A stretch of 64,000 nt of DNA, taken from positions 15,066,001-15,130,000 of the forward strand of contig NC_042998.1 in NCBI RefSeq assembly GCF_006345805.1. The letters are read 5' to 3'. Below, piece by piece: positions 11,397-24,323 of this stretch. The notes under the pieces are model-generated. The model worked only from the letters and a program-made list of their open reading frames with translations, ran no database searches and was not told the origin of the DNA. Made by a program: the position numbers and the translations under genes. The number at the start of each line of letters is the position of its first letter. Position 1 is the stretch's first letter. Source of the DNA: Octopus sinensis. Its lineage: Eukaryota.

Positions 11397-13338
11397 ATAC
11401 ATATACATATCTTCTCTTTCTATATATATATATATATATACATACACACATATATATATATACGTATATATATGTATACATATAGGTAGACGTATATATA
11501 TATATATACATATATACATAAATGTATACATATATATATATACATACACACATATATATATATACGTATATATATGTATACATATAGGTAGACGTATATA
11601 TATATATATACATATATACATAAATGTATACATATATATATATATAAGTCTATACATAAATGTATACATATATATCTATATAAGTATACATATGTATATA
11701 CATAAAAATATACATATATATATACATATAAGTATACATATATATATACATATAAATATATATATATATACATATAAATATATATATATATATACATATA
11801 AATATATATTATATATATATATATAAGTATACATATGTATATACATATAAATATATATATATATAATATATAAGTATACATATGTATATACATATTAAAT
11901 ATATATATATATATATATAAGTATACATATGTATATACATATAAATATATATATATATATAAGTATACATATGTATATAATATATAAAATATATATATAT
12001 ATATAAGTATACATATGTATATACATATAAATATATATATATATATAAGTATACATATGTATATACATATAAATATATATATATATATATAAGTATACAT
12101 ATATACATATAAGTATACATATATATATACATATATAAATATATAATATATAGACATATAAATATATATATATATATATATAAGTATACATATGTATATA
12201 CATATAAATATATATATATATATAAGTATACATATGTATATACATATAAATATATATATGTATACGTATACATATATATATGTATACGTATACATATATA
12301 TATGTATACATATATATATGTGTGTGTATACATACATATATGTGTGTGTATACATACACATATATATGTGTATACATATATATATGTGTGTGTATACATA
12401 CACATATATATGTGTATACATATATATATGTGTGTGTATACATACACATATATATGTGTATACATATATATATGTGTGTGTATACATACACATATATATG
12501 TGTATACATATATATATGTGTGTGTATACATACACATATATATGTGTATACATATACATATATATGTGTATACATATATATATATGTATACATATATATA
12601 TATGTGTGTGTATACATACACATATATATGTGTATACATATACATATATATGTGTATACATATACATATATATGTGTATACATATACATATATATGTATA
12701 TATACATATTGGAAAATATATATATGTCTATATATGTAATATAAATATATATATATAATATATATTATATATATGTATATATACTTATAATTATGTATTT
12801 ATACGTATATATAATATATGTATATATACGTATATTATATATGTATAAGTATATATACATATATTATATATGTATAAGTATATATACATATATTATATAT
12901 GTATAAGTATATATACATATATTATATATATATAAGTATATATACATATATTATATATATATAAGTATATATACATATATATGTATATATATATGTATAT
13001 ATAGACTTATATAGACAGATGTATATATATATATGCATGTATATATGTATAGGTATGCATATATATATATAGATATATACATACTTATACCGTATATATA
13101 TATGCATATATATATACATACACACACATATATATATATATATACTTATACATATATACATATATATATACATCTACACGTATACATATATACTTATATA
13201 TTTATACTTGTATATATATATATACACATATATATACATGCGTATATATACATACGTGTATATATATATATATACATACATATACACGCAGACACAGACA
13301 AATAAGTATACATACATACAAACACACGCACGCACGCT

Positions 13339-13410
<72 letters not shown>
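11360..13410. repeat. ~2-kb compound (TA)/(CATA)/(TG) microsatellite with higher-order repeats, ending in (GA)n
   Basis: Direct reading; it generates the Y/I/M/H/T-rich spurious ORFs at 11313-13561. Confidence 0.95.
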
Positions 13411-13429
<19 letters not shown>

Positions 13430-14114
13430 AAGCGAGCGAAAGAAATGAGAAAGGGAATTGGTGGAAATCTAATTTCCACCAGACTGGGGGTCGTCATGAG
13501 ATTGGTGTTAGCCATCGATATTTCAAACGCGTCAAAAATGATTGCATTAGAACTTCCCTGAAAGCTGGCAGATTTCCCAGTCTATACGATACAAATGTGT
13601 TATAGAACAACAGTAACAAGTCGAAAGCAAGTTTTTAACCTTCATATGATATATATATATATTCAATTATTTATACAACTCAGTCGAGTTTTACCATCTT
13701 TGCATGCTGTTTCTAATGTCACGATACAATCAAACGTTATTTGACTGAAAGTCTGGCTTTTAGTATTATTATTATCATTATTAATATTATTATTTTATTT
13801 CTTCGAACTGACCCGCTACCTATATATATATACATACATACATATATATACATACATGTCTTCAGCCACTAATATATTGAGAATTATTATACATGTCCTT
13901 TCATTATCTTTGGGAATATTCAACCTGAATAACAAACGATAACTAAGAATGATAATAACAACAACGAAATAAAAGGCAAGAACCACAACAGCAACAATAA
14001 CCAGAACATATCTAAGCACTACAAAAGAAACAGCGACACTAACAACAACATCAAGAACCAAAGCATGAAGAATACAGGAAGTGGAATAAAGGTGGCAGAA
14101 ACATCAATATAAGG

Positions 14115-14494
14115 AGGGGAAGCACTCCGTCGGTTACGACGACGAGGGTTCCGGTTGATCCGATCAACGGAACAGCCTGCTCGTGAAATTAACGTGTAAG
14201 TGGCTGAGCACTCCACAGACACGTGTACCCTTAACGTAGTTCTCGGGGATATTCAGCGTGACACAGAGAGTGACAAGGCCGGCCCTTTGAAATACAGGTA
14301 CAACAGAAACATGAAGAGTCAGAGAAAGTTGTGGTGAAAGAGTACAGCAGGGATCACCAACCCCTGCCGGAGCCTCGTGGAGCTTTTAGGTGTTTTCGCT
14401 CAATAAACACTCACAACGCCCGGTCTGGGAATCGAAACCGCGATCCTACGACCGCGAGTCCGCTGCCCTAACCACTGGGCCATTGCGCCTCCAC
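14115..14494 (-). mobile_element. Full-length SINE family A with tail type 1
   Basis: Reverse complement: tRNA-like head gtggaggcgcaatggcccagtggttagg...ggtttcgattccc, then body, then tail cctgtatttcaaagggccggccttgtcac...gacggagtgc. Confidence 0.9.
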
Positions 14495-14824
14495 TATAAA
14501 GAGGGGCAGTAAACAACGAGAGCGAGTTTACAATAGCTACAAAGGTAACGATATCGCCATCTTTTTTTTTCTCTGCCACTTGGTGTCGGATGAAAGGAAT
14601 TTAACTGAACGTGCTTTTGGAGAACCGAAACTTCAACTGCGTGTGTATCTGAGTATAGGAGTTTGAAGAGGAATTTGTGTGTATAGAGTACAGGACGATG
14701 TTGTTTGAAAAGATTCTTTCCACGTCAGTTTATTTTATTTTATACTGTTTCTTGGTGGTCGGACGGAGTTAATTTTTTAGGCATTTTGGAAAAAAAGTTA
14801 TTTACTTAATTCGTAGGTCTGACT

Positions 14825-14987
14825 ACTACCACTACCACCACCACCGCCTCTACTACTACTACTGCTGCAGCTGCAACTACTACTACTACTACTGTTGCTG
14901 CTGCTACTGCTACTGTTGCTGCTGCTGCTGCTACTACTACTACTTCTGCTGCTACTACTACTACTACTACTACTACTGTTGCTGCTG

Positions 14988-15025
<38 letters not shown>

Positions 15026-15157
15026 GTTGCTGCTGCTACTACTACTACTACTACTACTGTTGCTGCTGCTGCTACTACTACTACTACTACTACTACTGCT
15101 GCTGCTGTTGCTCCTCCTACTACTACTACTGCTGCTGTTGCTCTTACTACTACTACT
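14825..15157. repeat. (CTA)/(CTG)/(TTG) compound trinucleotide microsatellite
   Basis: Direct reading; it gives the poly-L and poly-S ORFs. Confidence 0.95.
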
Positions 15158-15169
15158 CATTTCAACGTT

Positions 15170-15360
15170 TCATGTTTTGCGGTATTCGTTCCGGTGGTTT
15201 TACGTTCTGGGTTCAAATTCTGCCGAGGTCAATTTTTACCTTAACATTCTTTTCACAGTCGATAACATAAAGTACCAGTCAAAGTACCGGGGACGATATA
15301 TACTGGACCAACTTCTTCTCACTAAAACTATTGGCCTTCTACCAAATTTGCAGAATCGCT
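15170..15360 (+). mobile_element. Degenerate SINE family C
   Basis: acgttctgggttcaaattctgccgaggtcaattttt...aagtaccagtc...ggccttctaccaaattt. Confidence 0.65.
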
Positions 15361-16138
15361 AGCGCATCGGACAAATTGCTTACTTGTACTTCTTCCAGCA
15401 TTTTACTTCCTGTGTTCAAATTTAGCTGAGACCAACTTTGCCTTTCATCTTTTTGGAGTCAATAAAAGAAATGCTATGTGGGAACTGGTGGCTCAATCGA
15501 AATACTACTAGTCGAGCACTGAGGCTTTCTTCCCTAAAAAATATGCTGTCCTTGTGTCTAAGTTCGAAATAATATCTAATTATTAGTGTTTTTACCTTAG
15601 ATTTGTTTTCATTAATCAGGACTAAAATCAAATTCTATTCATGACGATCGCGTCTTTTTAGGTTTCCATAGGGTTACGTCATTGCTTTTGTCCTTATTAT
15701 TTAAGCTTAGGTTAACCATGACCGTCCTTCGTTTTTCTTACATGCTGAAAACTCAGTGGAAATTCATCCAGCGCGTACGTTTATGAAAGAAAAAAGCAAC
15801 AACTTATGGTGTGATTTGAAACAGATTTTCCTGCTGTATGTAGCAGGTCAAGCAACCAAGTAGAGGCTCTTTTGTTTATTCGTTTATTAGTGTTCAGTCT
15901 CCTAGCTAGAAATTACAGTCAAATGATCATGAAATCAGCTTGCTATCATAAATAAGGAAATGATACGTTATATAATGTAATCCTATATAACCCTTAAAAA
16001 TGGAATAGTCATGTCCAGAATGTCTTTGGATATACGCCTGTTCAGTTAGGACTGACCTAGCGAAAACTACTACTACTATTGCTACTACTACTACTACTAC
16101 TTGTAAAGGAAACAAATATGCTTGCGAGGGATCGACTA

Positions 16139-16999
16139 CGTGGTTTGATCAATAAGTATCAAACTGTTGCCATAGTAATGAAGCTAAATCACACAGAGAG
16201 AAACCGCTTGGTACAGATTGACTTTCAGCTCTGCCGTGTATGAGCAGTAAGTTTTAACGTTCTAGCTCACTTTTACTGTTTACAGCAGTGCTTAGAAGGA
16301 ACGTGTGTAGCGTGTGATCATTGCGTTGACCATGACAGAGAAAGTCGGGTAGAGGATCTGCATCAAATTTTGCAAAAAGCTTGGCAATACCTGCTCAGAG
16401 GCCAAATTTTTCAAGTTTTCATCGTTCTGGACACAATCAAAGAAATCTTGTGGAACTGAAACCCGTGTGTCTTTTTGGTCAGCTGAAAGCAGTTTGGGCA
16501 CAAACATGTGAGACACCCGTCTCATACCCAAATCTTCAGCGATAACGGACTGAACTGAACAGCAACTAATCCGCGCATCTGATAACTCACGGATGGTGAT
16601 TCGACGATTTCCCCTCAGAGCTGCATGCACATCTGTGATGTTTTTCTCAGTTCTGCTGGTTGCGGGTCTCTCAGAACATTCATCAATATCGACATTTTCC
16701 ACCATCTTGGAAATGTCTGAACTACTCCTACACCTGTGTGCGGCTCATACACTCCTCTCCATACACTTTCTGCAACTTTGCGTAAGCCTTTGAGTAGGTA
16801 TCCTCATGACAACTTTCTCTGCCATGGTCAATGCGATGATCACACGCTACACACCTTCCTTCCAAGTACTGCTGTAAATAGCAGTAGTGAGCGAGAACAT
16901 TAAAACTTAGTGTGCATACACAGCAGTGTTTAAGGTTCATCGTCGTGCTTTAGCATCGTTTCCATGGCAACAGTCCGGATACTTATTGATCAGATTGCG
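16139..16999. mobile_element. mariner-derived non-autonomous element made of two inverted 5' ends
   Basis: TA-flanked TIRs (cgtggtttgatcaataagtatc and, on the reverse strand, cgcaatctgatcaataagtatc). The minus strand encodes a mariner N-terminus (AKLQKVYGEECMSRTQV, RRITIREL, EDLGMRRVS.MFVPKLL). The plus strand at 16332-16400 encodes the same start (MTEKVG*RICIKFCKKLGNTCSEA). Confidence 0.85.
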
Positions 17000-19454
17000 T
17001 ATGTGGTGGATCGACTTTCTGTACAAGAAATATAAAATAAATCTGCATTAAACAGGATACTTTCTTAAATAAGAGGAATGTTTGAGAAAATATCTGATCT
17101 GCTGCACGCTAATGTAGGATGGTCACTGCTAGAACGGAATTGATCATAGAGCTGTTCAATTAAAGATGACCTGGTGTTAAATAAGTGACTGACAAAAATT
17201 TTACGCAGTGTATTAATATGACTGAAGAATCTTATTTAAAAAAAAACAATGGAAATAATAGAGAGATATAGGACAATTTAGTCCACGATATAGAAGAAAA
17301 CGAATTGGTCACAATCAGAATACATTTCATCATAGATATATTTAATTAATCTTTTGTCAAATAAGCACCTAAATATAACAAGAACAGAGCGCATTAATTC
17401 ACAATCGTATTTTAAAATCCAATAGAAATAAAAGAGATTAGGGATGTATTAAGATTAGGAAAAATATATTCTCCTCTACAATACGTGGCCCTCTATTTCT
17501 CTTCTTCAATGAAAGAGCTGATGCCGAAAACTTTAGTCTTTTCCTATCTTTCTGGTAACTATTATTCTGCTTACTACAGTTCTTATATGTATCAAACCAA
17601 ATCACTTGATACAGAACAAAATCACTTAAAAAAAGAAAAAAAAGATAAAGCAAAAATAAGAACTATCCTGTTTGAGTGGTGTTCAAAATGGACAGGTATA
17701 GCAACTGTATATGGTAAGTGCAAATCTATTGTACTATGCCTCATTTAGCATCTCTCTTATGCAAGGTGTATAGTTGCTGCTTTATTTTAATCTAGCTAGC
17801 ATTTATCCTGTTTAGCGTCACTTAATTATTAATTTAACAAAAATGATTAATTGGTGATTAGCTGTCAGCATCCCCGAGTGATACAAGGAAGTTAGAGGCA
17901 AGGATTATATCTTTAAACCGGCTGATGAGCATTCGAATCCAGAAATGTAAATGCATTTGGTTTACGCTTCCCACAAGCTGATTTTGCTTTAGAAATGCCT
18001 TAACATGGCTAAAATCCCCAAGTTCTTGGTAGTAAAAGAATACTTTTATAACCTTCAACGGAACACAATGATGCAACTAAAGAAGTTTTGTGGAACGGCT
18101 ATATAACTCTGCAAGATAGAATTGTTCATAGATTCCATTTGCGAGTTAAAATCCGGAGCGAAATTATTTAAACTTTCACTTTATCGGAAGCTGTGAAATA
18201 ACTGCTTATAATAAATAGAGTGACTGCAGAGGTAAAAACAATTGCTTAGTGAATAATATATTGACCTACCAGTTTATGAATGATGAGCCTACATCCGTTG
18301 CTGGCATTTTGTTGAATGTCTCTATAGGAGAAATAATCTTTACATATCTCAGTTTTCCTAGCCGTAGTTAAGTAGGTATTAAATATTTTAGTAAGGCAAC
18401 CTAACAAAGATAGGTGTCCATGCACAGAACAGAACGTTAAACACTACTAGCTTTATGAGACTCTGTCACTTCAGTAGACAATGCTTTCATTGTTTATACA
18501 GAGCACTGCCGTAGCAGAAACAATACTCTTCCGGCCTAAATGTATTGAAGTATTTAGTTGTGTCTCTTTATATGATAGGTTCAAATTCCACGAGAGAGAG
18601 AGACTCAGTCTTTCAAATACCAGAATGCACTTGGACTGATTGAGTTGCCTATATATACGTATCCTCTGTAACTTTACGTCACTGTATCGCTGTCAGAAAT
18701 CAATAGAGGGAACGAGAGGAGAATATTTTTGTATAGAGAAGATTAGTTCACTTCTTATCAGTATTTTACTTTCCTTCGTGGCTTACTGCTGATTTAGTAA
18801 AAAAAATATTTGAAATAAATAAAAAATAAATTACTGGCGCATTACATATTGAAGGTAAAAAATAATTGGTGTACTTCGTAAGGGGAACAAAAAAAAAAAC
18901 AGAAACTACGTCTTTAAAGAAATAAATTTAGAAAACAACGTATCGAAAACTGTTGCTTCCCCTGTTTTATTAATCATACTTTTGTATAACAAAATTTCGA
19001 AAGACATGTTTTTTTAAGATGTTCTGACATTTGTATTGAGTTTCTGAAGCCTGAAATTAAAAAAAAAAAAAGGCAGAAAAACCCTGCGGTGCATTTAGAT
19101 ATTACATGCAATGTGGGAATCATCGAATTAGGTGTTAAGGTATCGTAGGCGATAGAGCTGCAACGCAAAACTTGATAACTTAGGTAGATAGCGTGGTGGC
19201 TTTTGGAGGTTTATGCGATAAAATTTATCCGTTCGCTCGGAAAGAAATAATAACTAGTGAAATGCGGGAAAGGGATAAGTAGGATATATACTGTTTAGGG
19301 GATTTTGTGGATACCACAGTATGCAATTTTGAAATGAATATGTTTTACTGTACAAATACCGTTTGATTATGTGTATAAGAGGAAGAAAAAAACCGTGGCA
19401 GAGGAGGATGAGTTTTGCTACAAAAGTAAGAGAAAAGGGACACAATTGCAATTA

Positions 19455-19680
19455 ATACTCTCTTTACTCTTTTACTTGTTTCAGTTATTTGACTGCGGCC
19501 GCGCTGGAGCACCGCCTTTAGTCGAGCGATTCGACACCAGCCCCTATTCTTTGGAAGCCTAGTGCTTATTCTATCGGTCTCTTTTGCCGAACCGCTAAGT
19601 TATGGGGACGTAAACACACCAGCATCGGTTGTCAAGCGATGCCGGGGGTACAAACACACACATACGCACACACACACATA
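19455..19680 (-). mobile_element. SINE family B 3' half
   Basis: ttttacttgtttcagttatttgactgcggccgcgctggagcaccgcc...ccagcatcggttgtcaagcg. Confidence 0.9.
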
Positions 19681-19734
19681 TTTATATATAAATATATGTA
19701 TATATATGTATGTATAAAAAGTATATATAAAAAT

Positions 19735-19858
19735 ACAAAATGGGACAAGAACGCAAAACACTCAAATAGACGACACAAAAAACGGACGGGTCATTCGAAG
19801 CATCTAATCTTCAGTCAAGAACCGGATCATCCTCGCAATTTCGGCTGGCTGAAACAAG
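19735..19858 (-). repeat. Unclassified (TA)n-embedded interspersed repeat; second copy at 26274-26400
   Basis: aaaatgggacaagaacgcaaaaca...aatcttcagtcaagaaccggatcatcctcgcaatttcggc is shared between the two loci. Confidence 0.8.
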
Positions 19859-19884
19859 TATATATATATATATATATATATATA

Positions 19885-20289
19885 CTCGTTTACTTGTTTC
19901 AGCTTTGTGACTGTGGGCATGCTGGAGCACCGCCTTTAGTCGAGCAAATCGACCCCAGGCACTATTCTTTGGAAATCTAGTGCTTATTCTATCGGTCTTT
20001 TTTGCCGAACCGCTAAGTTATGGGGACGTAAACACACCAGCATCGGTTGTCAAGCGAAGTTTGGGGGGACAAACACTGACACACAAACATACACACACTC
20101 ATACACTCATATATATACATATATACGATGGGCTTCTTTCAGTTTCCGTCTATCAAATCCACTCACAAGACTTTGGTCAGCCCGAGGCTATAGTAGAAGA
20201 CACTTACCCAAAGTGCCACGCAGTTGGAATGAACCTGGAACCATGTGGTTGGTAAGCAAGCTACTTACCACAGAGCCATTCCTGCGCCT
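19885..20289 (-). mobile_element. Full-length SINE family B
   Basis: Runs from the tail ttacttgtttcag to the head ccattcctgcgcct, with an internal (CA)/(TA) tract. Confidence 0.9.
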
Positions 20290-20397
20290 AAAGTAAAGAA
20301 CATCAATTATTAGTTTATCTAATGACTAAATTTTATGATAAACGCCCTTTCGTGTGCCTATATCAAGCCAGAAAGAAATAAACAGGTTAAAGAAATA

Positions 20398-20805
20398 AGG
20401 CGGTGAGTTGGCAGAAACGTTAGCACGCCGGGCGAAATGCTTAGTGGTATTTCATCCGCCGTTACGTTCTGAGTTCAAATTCCGCCGAGGTCGTCTTTGC
20501 CTTTCATCCTTTCGGGGTCTGTAAATTAAGTACCAGTTACGCACTGGGGTCGATGTAATCGACTTAATCCGTTTGTCTCCCCTTGCTTGTTCTCTCTGTG
20601 TTTAGCCCCTTGTGGGTAGTAAAGAAATAGGTATTTCGTCCGCCGTTATGTTCTGAGTTCAGCTTCCGCCGAGGTCGACCTTACCTCTCATCCTTTCGGG
20701 GTCGATATATTAAGTACCAGTTACGCACTGGTGTCGATGTAATCGACTTAATACCTTTGTTCGTCCCCTCTGTGTTTAGCCCCTTGTGGGCAATAAAGAA
20801 ATAAG
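20398..20805 (+). mobile_element. SINE family C, head-to-tail dimer
   Basis: The first unit runs aggcggtgagttggcagaaacgttagc...aaagaaata; the second restarts at ggtatttcgtc (20630), a period of ~184 bp. Confidence 0.9.
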
Positions 20806-21505
20806 AAATAAATAAACAGGTTTTATCATTCAATTAAGACTCAACAATTGGTAGTTATGATACTCCTTATATATTTAAAACTCTGGTGTTAATGTCCTCT
20901 TTTACGTTTCCATGAAGAGTTAACACACGGCAATAAAGGCCAAGTTAACGACAGCATTTTGGCAGCAACTGTAGACTGCTGGATTAAATGAAGACATACA
21001 GCATTTAATGCCCCCCCCCATCCCCCGCGCAACACCATCCACCGCAGATAAGTTTTGACTCAAAACGCTGCTTGGATTAATTTTGCATCTAAATCCCTGC
21101 TGATATTCTGGATCGATAAAATGAACGCTAACAATGCATTTAGGTAAATTCAATCGACTGTGCTTCTTATCTGCGAAATTTGGCTCTGTGCCTCGTTAAA
21201 GGAAATAAGGATTCACTTCTGACAAACATATAGATTTGTTTTGAATGAGCAGCAGCAGCAGTAGTAGTAGTGGTGGTGGTGGTAGTGGTGGATGCGGTGG
21301 TGTTGAACATTCGTATCTCTTTACCGAAGCTGAGTGCTGTCCATAAATCCAGCATTGCGTTTACGTTTAAATATGCTTGTTTAAATTTTGGAGCAAGTTT
21401 CAGCACGCACTGAAATAACGCCAGTCACTTCTTCGCTAGGGACAGAGCCAAATCAATAGCTAACAGCAAGTATTTATATTTATTGTATAACTATCTCTCC
21501 CCCTT

Positions 21506-21581
<76 letters not shown>

Positions 21582-22131
21582 ATATACTTATAAATATAAA
21601 GATTTATGTAAATAAGGATAAGATCGTTAATTTAAATATCGATCTTATCAAGTGGCCAGGATGGGAATAAAAACCTTCAAAGGTAATAACTATTATTAAA
21701 ATTATAATTTAGGGCATCTAAGAGATACCGCTGGAAATAGCAGCCAAAACTTGTCTCTAAAACCACATTAAATGTTCATACAGCACCTGGTGCTGTATGG
21801 AGATTTAATGTCCATACTATACTTTCGCATAAATAGTTTGAGATTTGGATCAGTAGAAAAAAAATTCCATCAAGATATCTGCGACCTAAGGCAGATATTC
21901 GTCTTCAATTAACATAAGTTTTAAATAAAAGGTATAGTTTTTTTAGGCTTAAATGATAGAAAAATGCATGAGGAATTCAGAATGGTTAGTTGCATGGAAC
22001 AAAAGTGAGTAGAAAAACAGTTAAGAAGTAAAATGTTACGAAATTTTATGTCAGTAAGTAAGATAGTAAGGGAGTAACGCTTAAGCAATAAGAATAAAGA
22101 ATATATTTCTAAAATGAACGCCTACATTTTA

Positions 22132-22231
22132 AGACGGTGAGCTGACAAAACGTTAGCGTCCCGGCGAAATGCTTACCGGTATTTCGTCTTCCCTTACGTT
22201 TTGAGTTCAAATTTCGCCGAGGTCGACTTTG
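22132..22231 (+). mobile_element. SINE family C 5' fragment
   Basis: acggtgagctgacaaaacgttagcgtcccggcgaaatgc...gagttcaaatttcgccgaggtcgactttg. Confidence 0.8.
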
Positions 22232-23211
22232 ATGTACAGATTATTTTATTTATTTTTTTTAACTAAAAACTTTCAAACTTCCGATACAGGTGGAATGTGT
22301 CATACAACATAGTTTACTCTTAAAGCTTTTGGCAAAATGTTGCATTTTAGAAGTTATTTCGTCAGAAGTTACAGAGTGACAACGGACAAGTTCATGTTTG
22401 ATAAGTGCCAATACACGAAGCTCTCAGCTTTTGACTTACTCTCTAACTTCTGCCGATGATATATATACATATTACATATATGTGTAAAAAAATCTCATCG
22501 TGCAAGCGAACCAATGAAAGAGCCTTTACTTGGTCGCTCGATACGCTAAAAATAGCCGCCAACACATCCCCCTACCTAAATCACACGACTATTGTATGTG
22601 ATGTCCTAGATTATCCCTAAAAAGACGGTTTGCTGAAGGCTGGAATGTCTTTGATGATAGATTTGCAGTATCAGGGTTGATTTGAGGCTAAATAACAACA
22701 ATCTTATGGTAAATTTCTATATTAACACCTGCACGATTTTCACTAAGAAAAAACAAACAAAAAAATTGATTTTTTGCGTGGAATCAAGTACCCTGACCGC
22801 CTAATATGGTTCGGAAAAAACGAGGTGGGTCTTCCCCCCCACAATCCCGGAATCATTGGAAATTGCTTTTCGTTGAATGACTTCCTGCGGCCTCCTAATA
22901 TTGCAAAATCTGGTTACTTAAGGTGAGCCTGGTAACTAATGGTTTTGGGGTGTTGTTTGTAACTCTCGGTGAACCATGGTGCAACCAACAACATGTTAAA
23001 AATCCCTGCCATTAATTTGATGTGGATCGGTAATATCAAATAATTCAATCACAACATATATTTGAATTAAACATGAAAAAAAATTGAAATATTATCATCA
23101 CTTACATAGAAAAATTGAAGTATTATCTTTCAGTATTTTATAAGGTAAAATCTTAAATTATTAATTGACACATTAATTATCTTATAACAGCAATGCTTGG
23201 AAAAATCATGG

Positions 23212-23741
23212 ATTACATGTAAAAATGCAAGCATGAAAAGAAATATTCATAAGACTATATACCTGGAAAAGTACAGGACAAGCTATTACACCTGGAAAAG
23301 TACAGGACAAGCTATTACACCTGTAAAAGTATAGGACAAGCTATTACTTCTAGTAAAGTAAAGAATAAGAAAATTTTTACTTTCAATATTGCAGCTAAAA
23401 TTAAAATTTGAATATTAAAACTTATTTTATTATAGTTTACAAATAATACTATACTTATTTACGTAGAATTTGGCTGACAGAAAAAGTGACTAATTAGACA
23501 AACTTACAAATTAGCTGAACAGTTTTGTACAATAAATTTAAAAGATGAGAACTGTAAAGAGTGATAAATTAGAACTGGCATTCTTTGCTGCAATATTTTA
23601 AGTAAAAAGTTTCTTATTCTTTACTTTAGTAGAAGTAATAGCTTGTCCTATACTTTTACAGGTGTAATAACTTGTCCTGTACTTTTCCAGGTTTATAATC
23701 TTAAGAATATTATTTTTCATACTCGCATTTTCCCATGTAAT
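23212..23741. mobile_element. Foldback/MITE-like element with long inverted arms containing 29-bp tandem repeats
   Basis: 23212-23391 matches the reverse complement of 23589-23741. The unit (acacctggaaaagtacaggacaagctatt-like) occurs 3 times on the left and twice on the right. TA flanks the CATG ends. Confidence 0.85.
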
Positions 23742-23932
23742 AATATATATTAAGTACTTGAGCCAGAATTGGAATCAATTTATTCAGGCCTTTCTGGAGC
23801 GTTATAATTTAATAGTTTGTTTAGATTTGAAAAACCTAGTCTTGCAAAAATGCGTAAAATATAGTAGCTCAAAGATACACCTTATTGAATTATAGACAGG
23901 ACAAGTTTGGGCCTGCGTAGATTGTGTAATTA

Positions 23933-24323
23933 TACTCTTTTACTTGTTTCAGTCATTTGACTGCGGCCATGCTGGAGGACCGCCTTTAATCGAGCAACTC
24001 GACTCCAGGACTTATTCTTTGTAAGTCTAGTACTTATTCTATCGCTCTCTTTGCCGAACCGCTAAGTGACGGGCACATAAACACGCATCGGCTGTCAAGC
24101 GATGCTGGGGGGACAAACACAGACATATAACCCCTCACACATATATATACATATATATACGACGAGCTTCTTTCAGTTTCCGTCTACCAAATCCACTCAC
24201 AAGGCTTTGGTCCGCCCGAGGCTATAGTAGAAGACACTTGCCCAAGGTGCCGCGCAGTGGGACTGAACCCGGGACCATGTGGTTGGTAAACAAGCTACTT
24301 ACCACACAGCCACTCCTGCGCCT
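23933..24323 (-). mobile_element. Full-length SINE family B
   Basis: Tail tactcttttacttgtttcagtcatttgactgcggcc through head ccacacagccactcctgcgcct. Confidence 0.92.

Noticed and set aside
11313-13561. Long ORFs (up to 415 aa) rich in Y/I/M/H/T/C/V, and similar ORFs at 32430-34787, 41456-41994, 54740-57360 and 63714-63986
   Set aside because: They are translations of TA/CA/CATA/CTAT microsatellites that happen to lack stops; there is no protein signal.
19790-19850. CTGAAGA...CGAA motif in the 19.8-kb and 26.3-kb repeat as a hammerhead
   Set aside because: GAAA reads GAAT or GAAG in the two copies, and stems I-III do not form.
22790-22928. Strong-looking splice donor AAG|GTGAGC at 22923 after a slightly GC-rich stretch
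   Set aside because: There is no clear acceptor or recognisable reading frame; it cannot be supported without RNA data.
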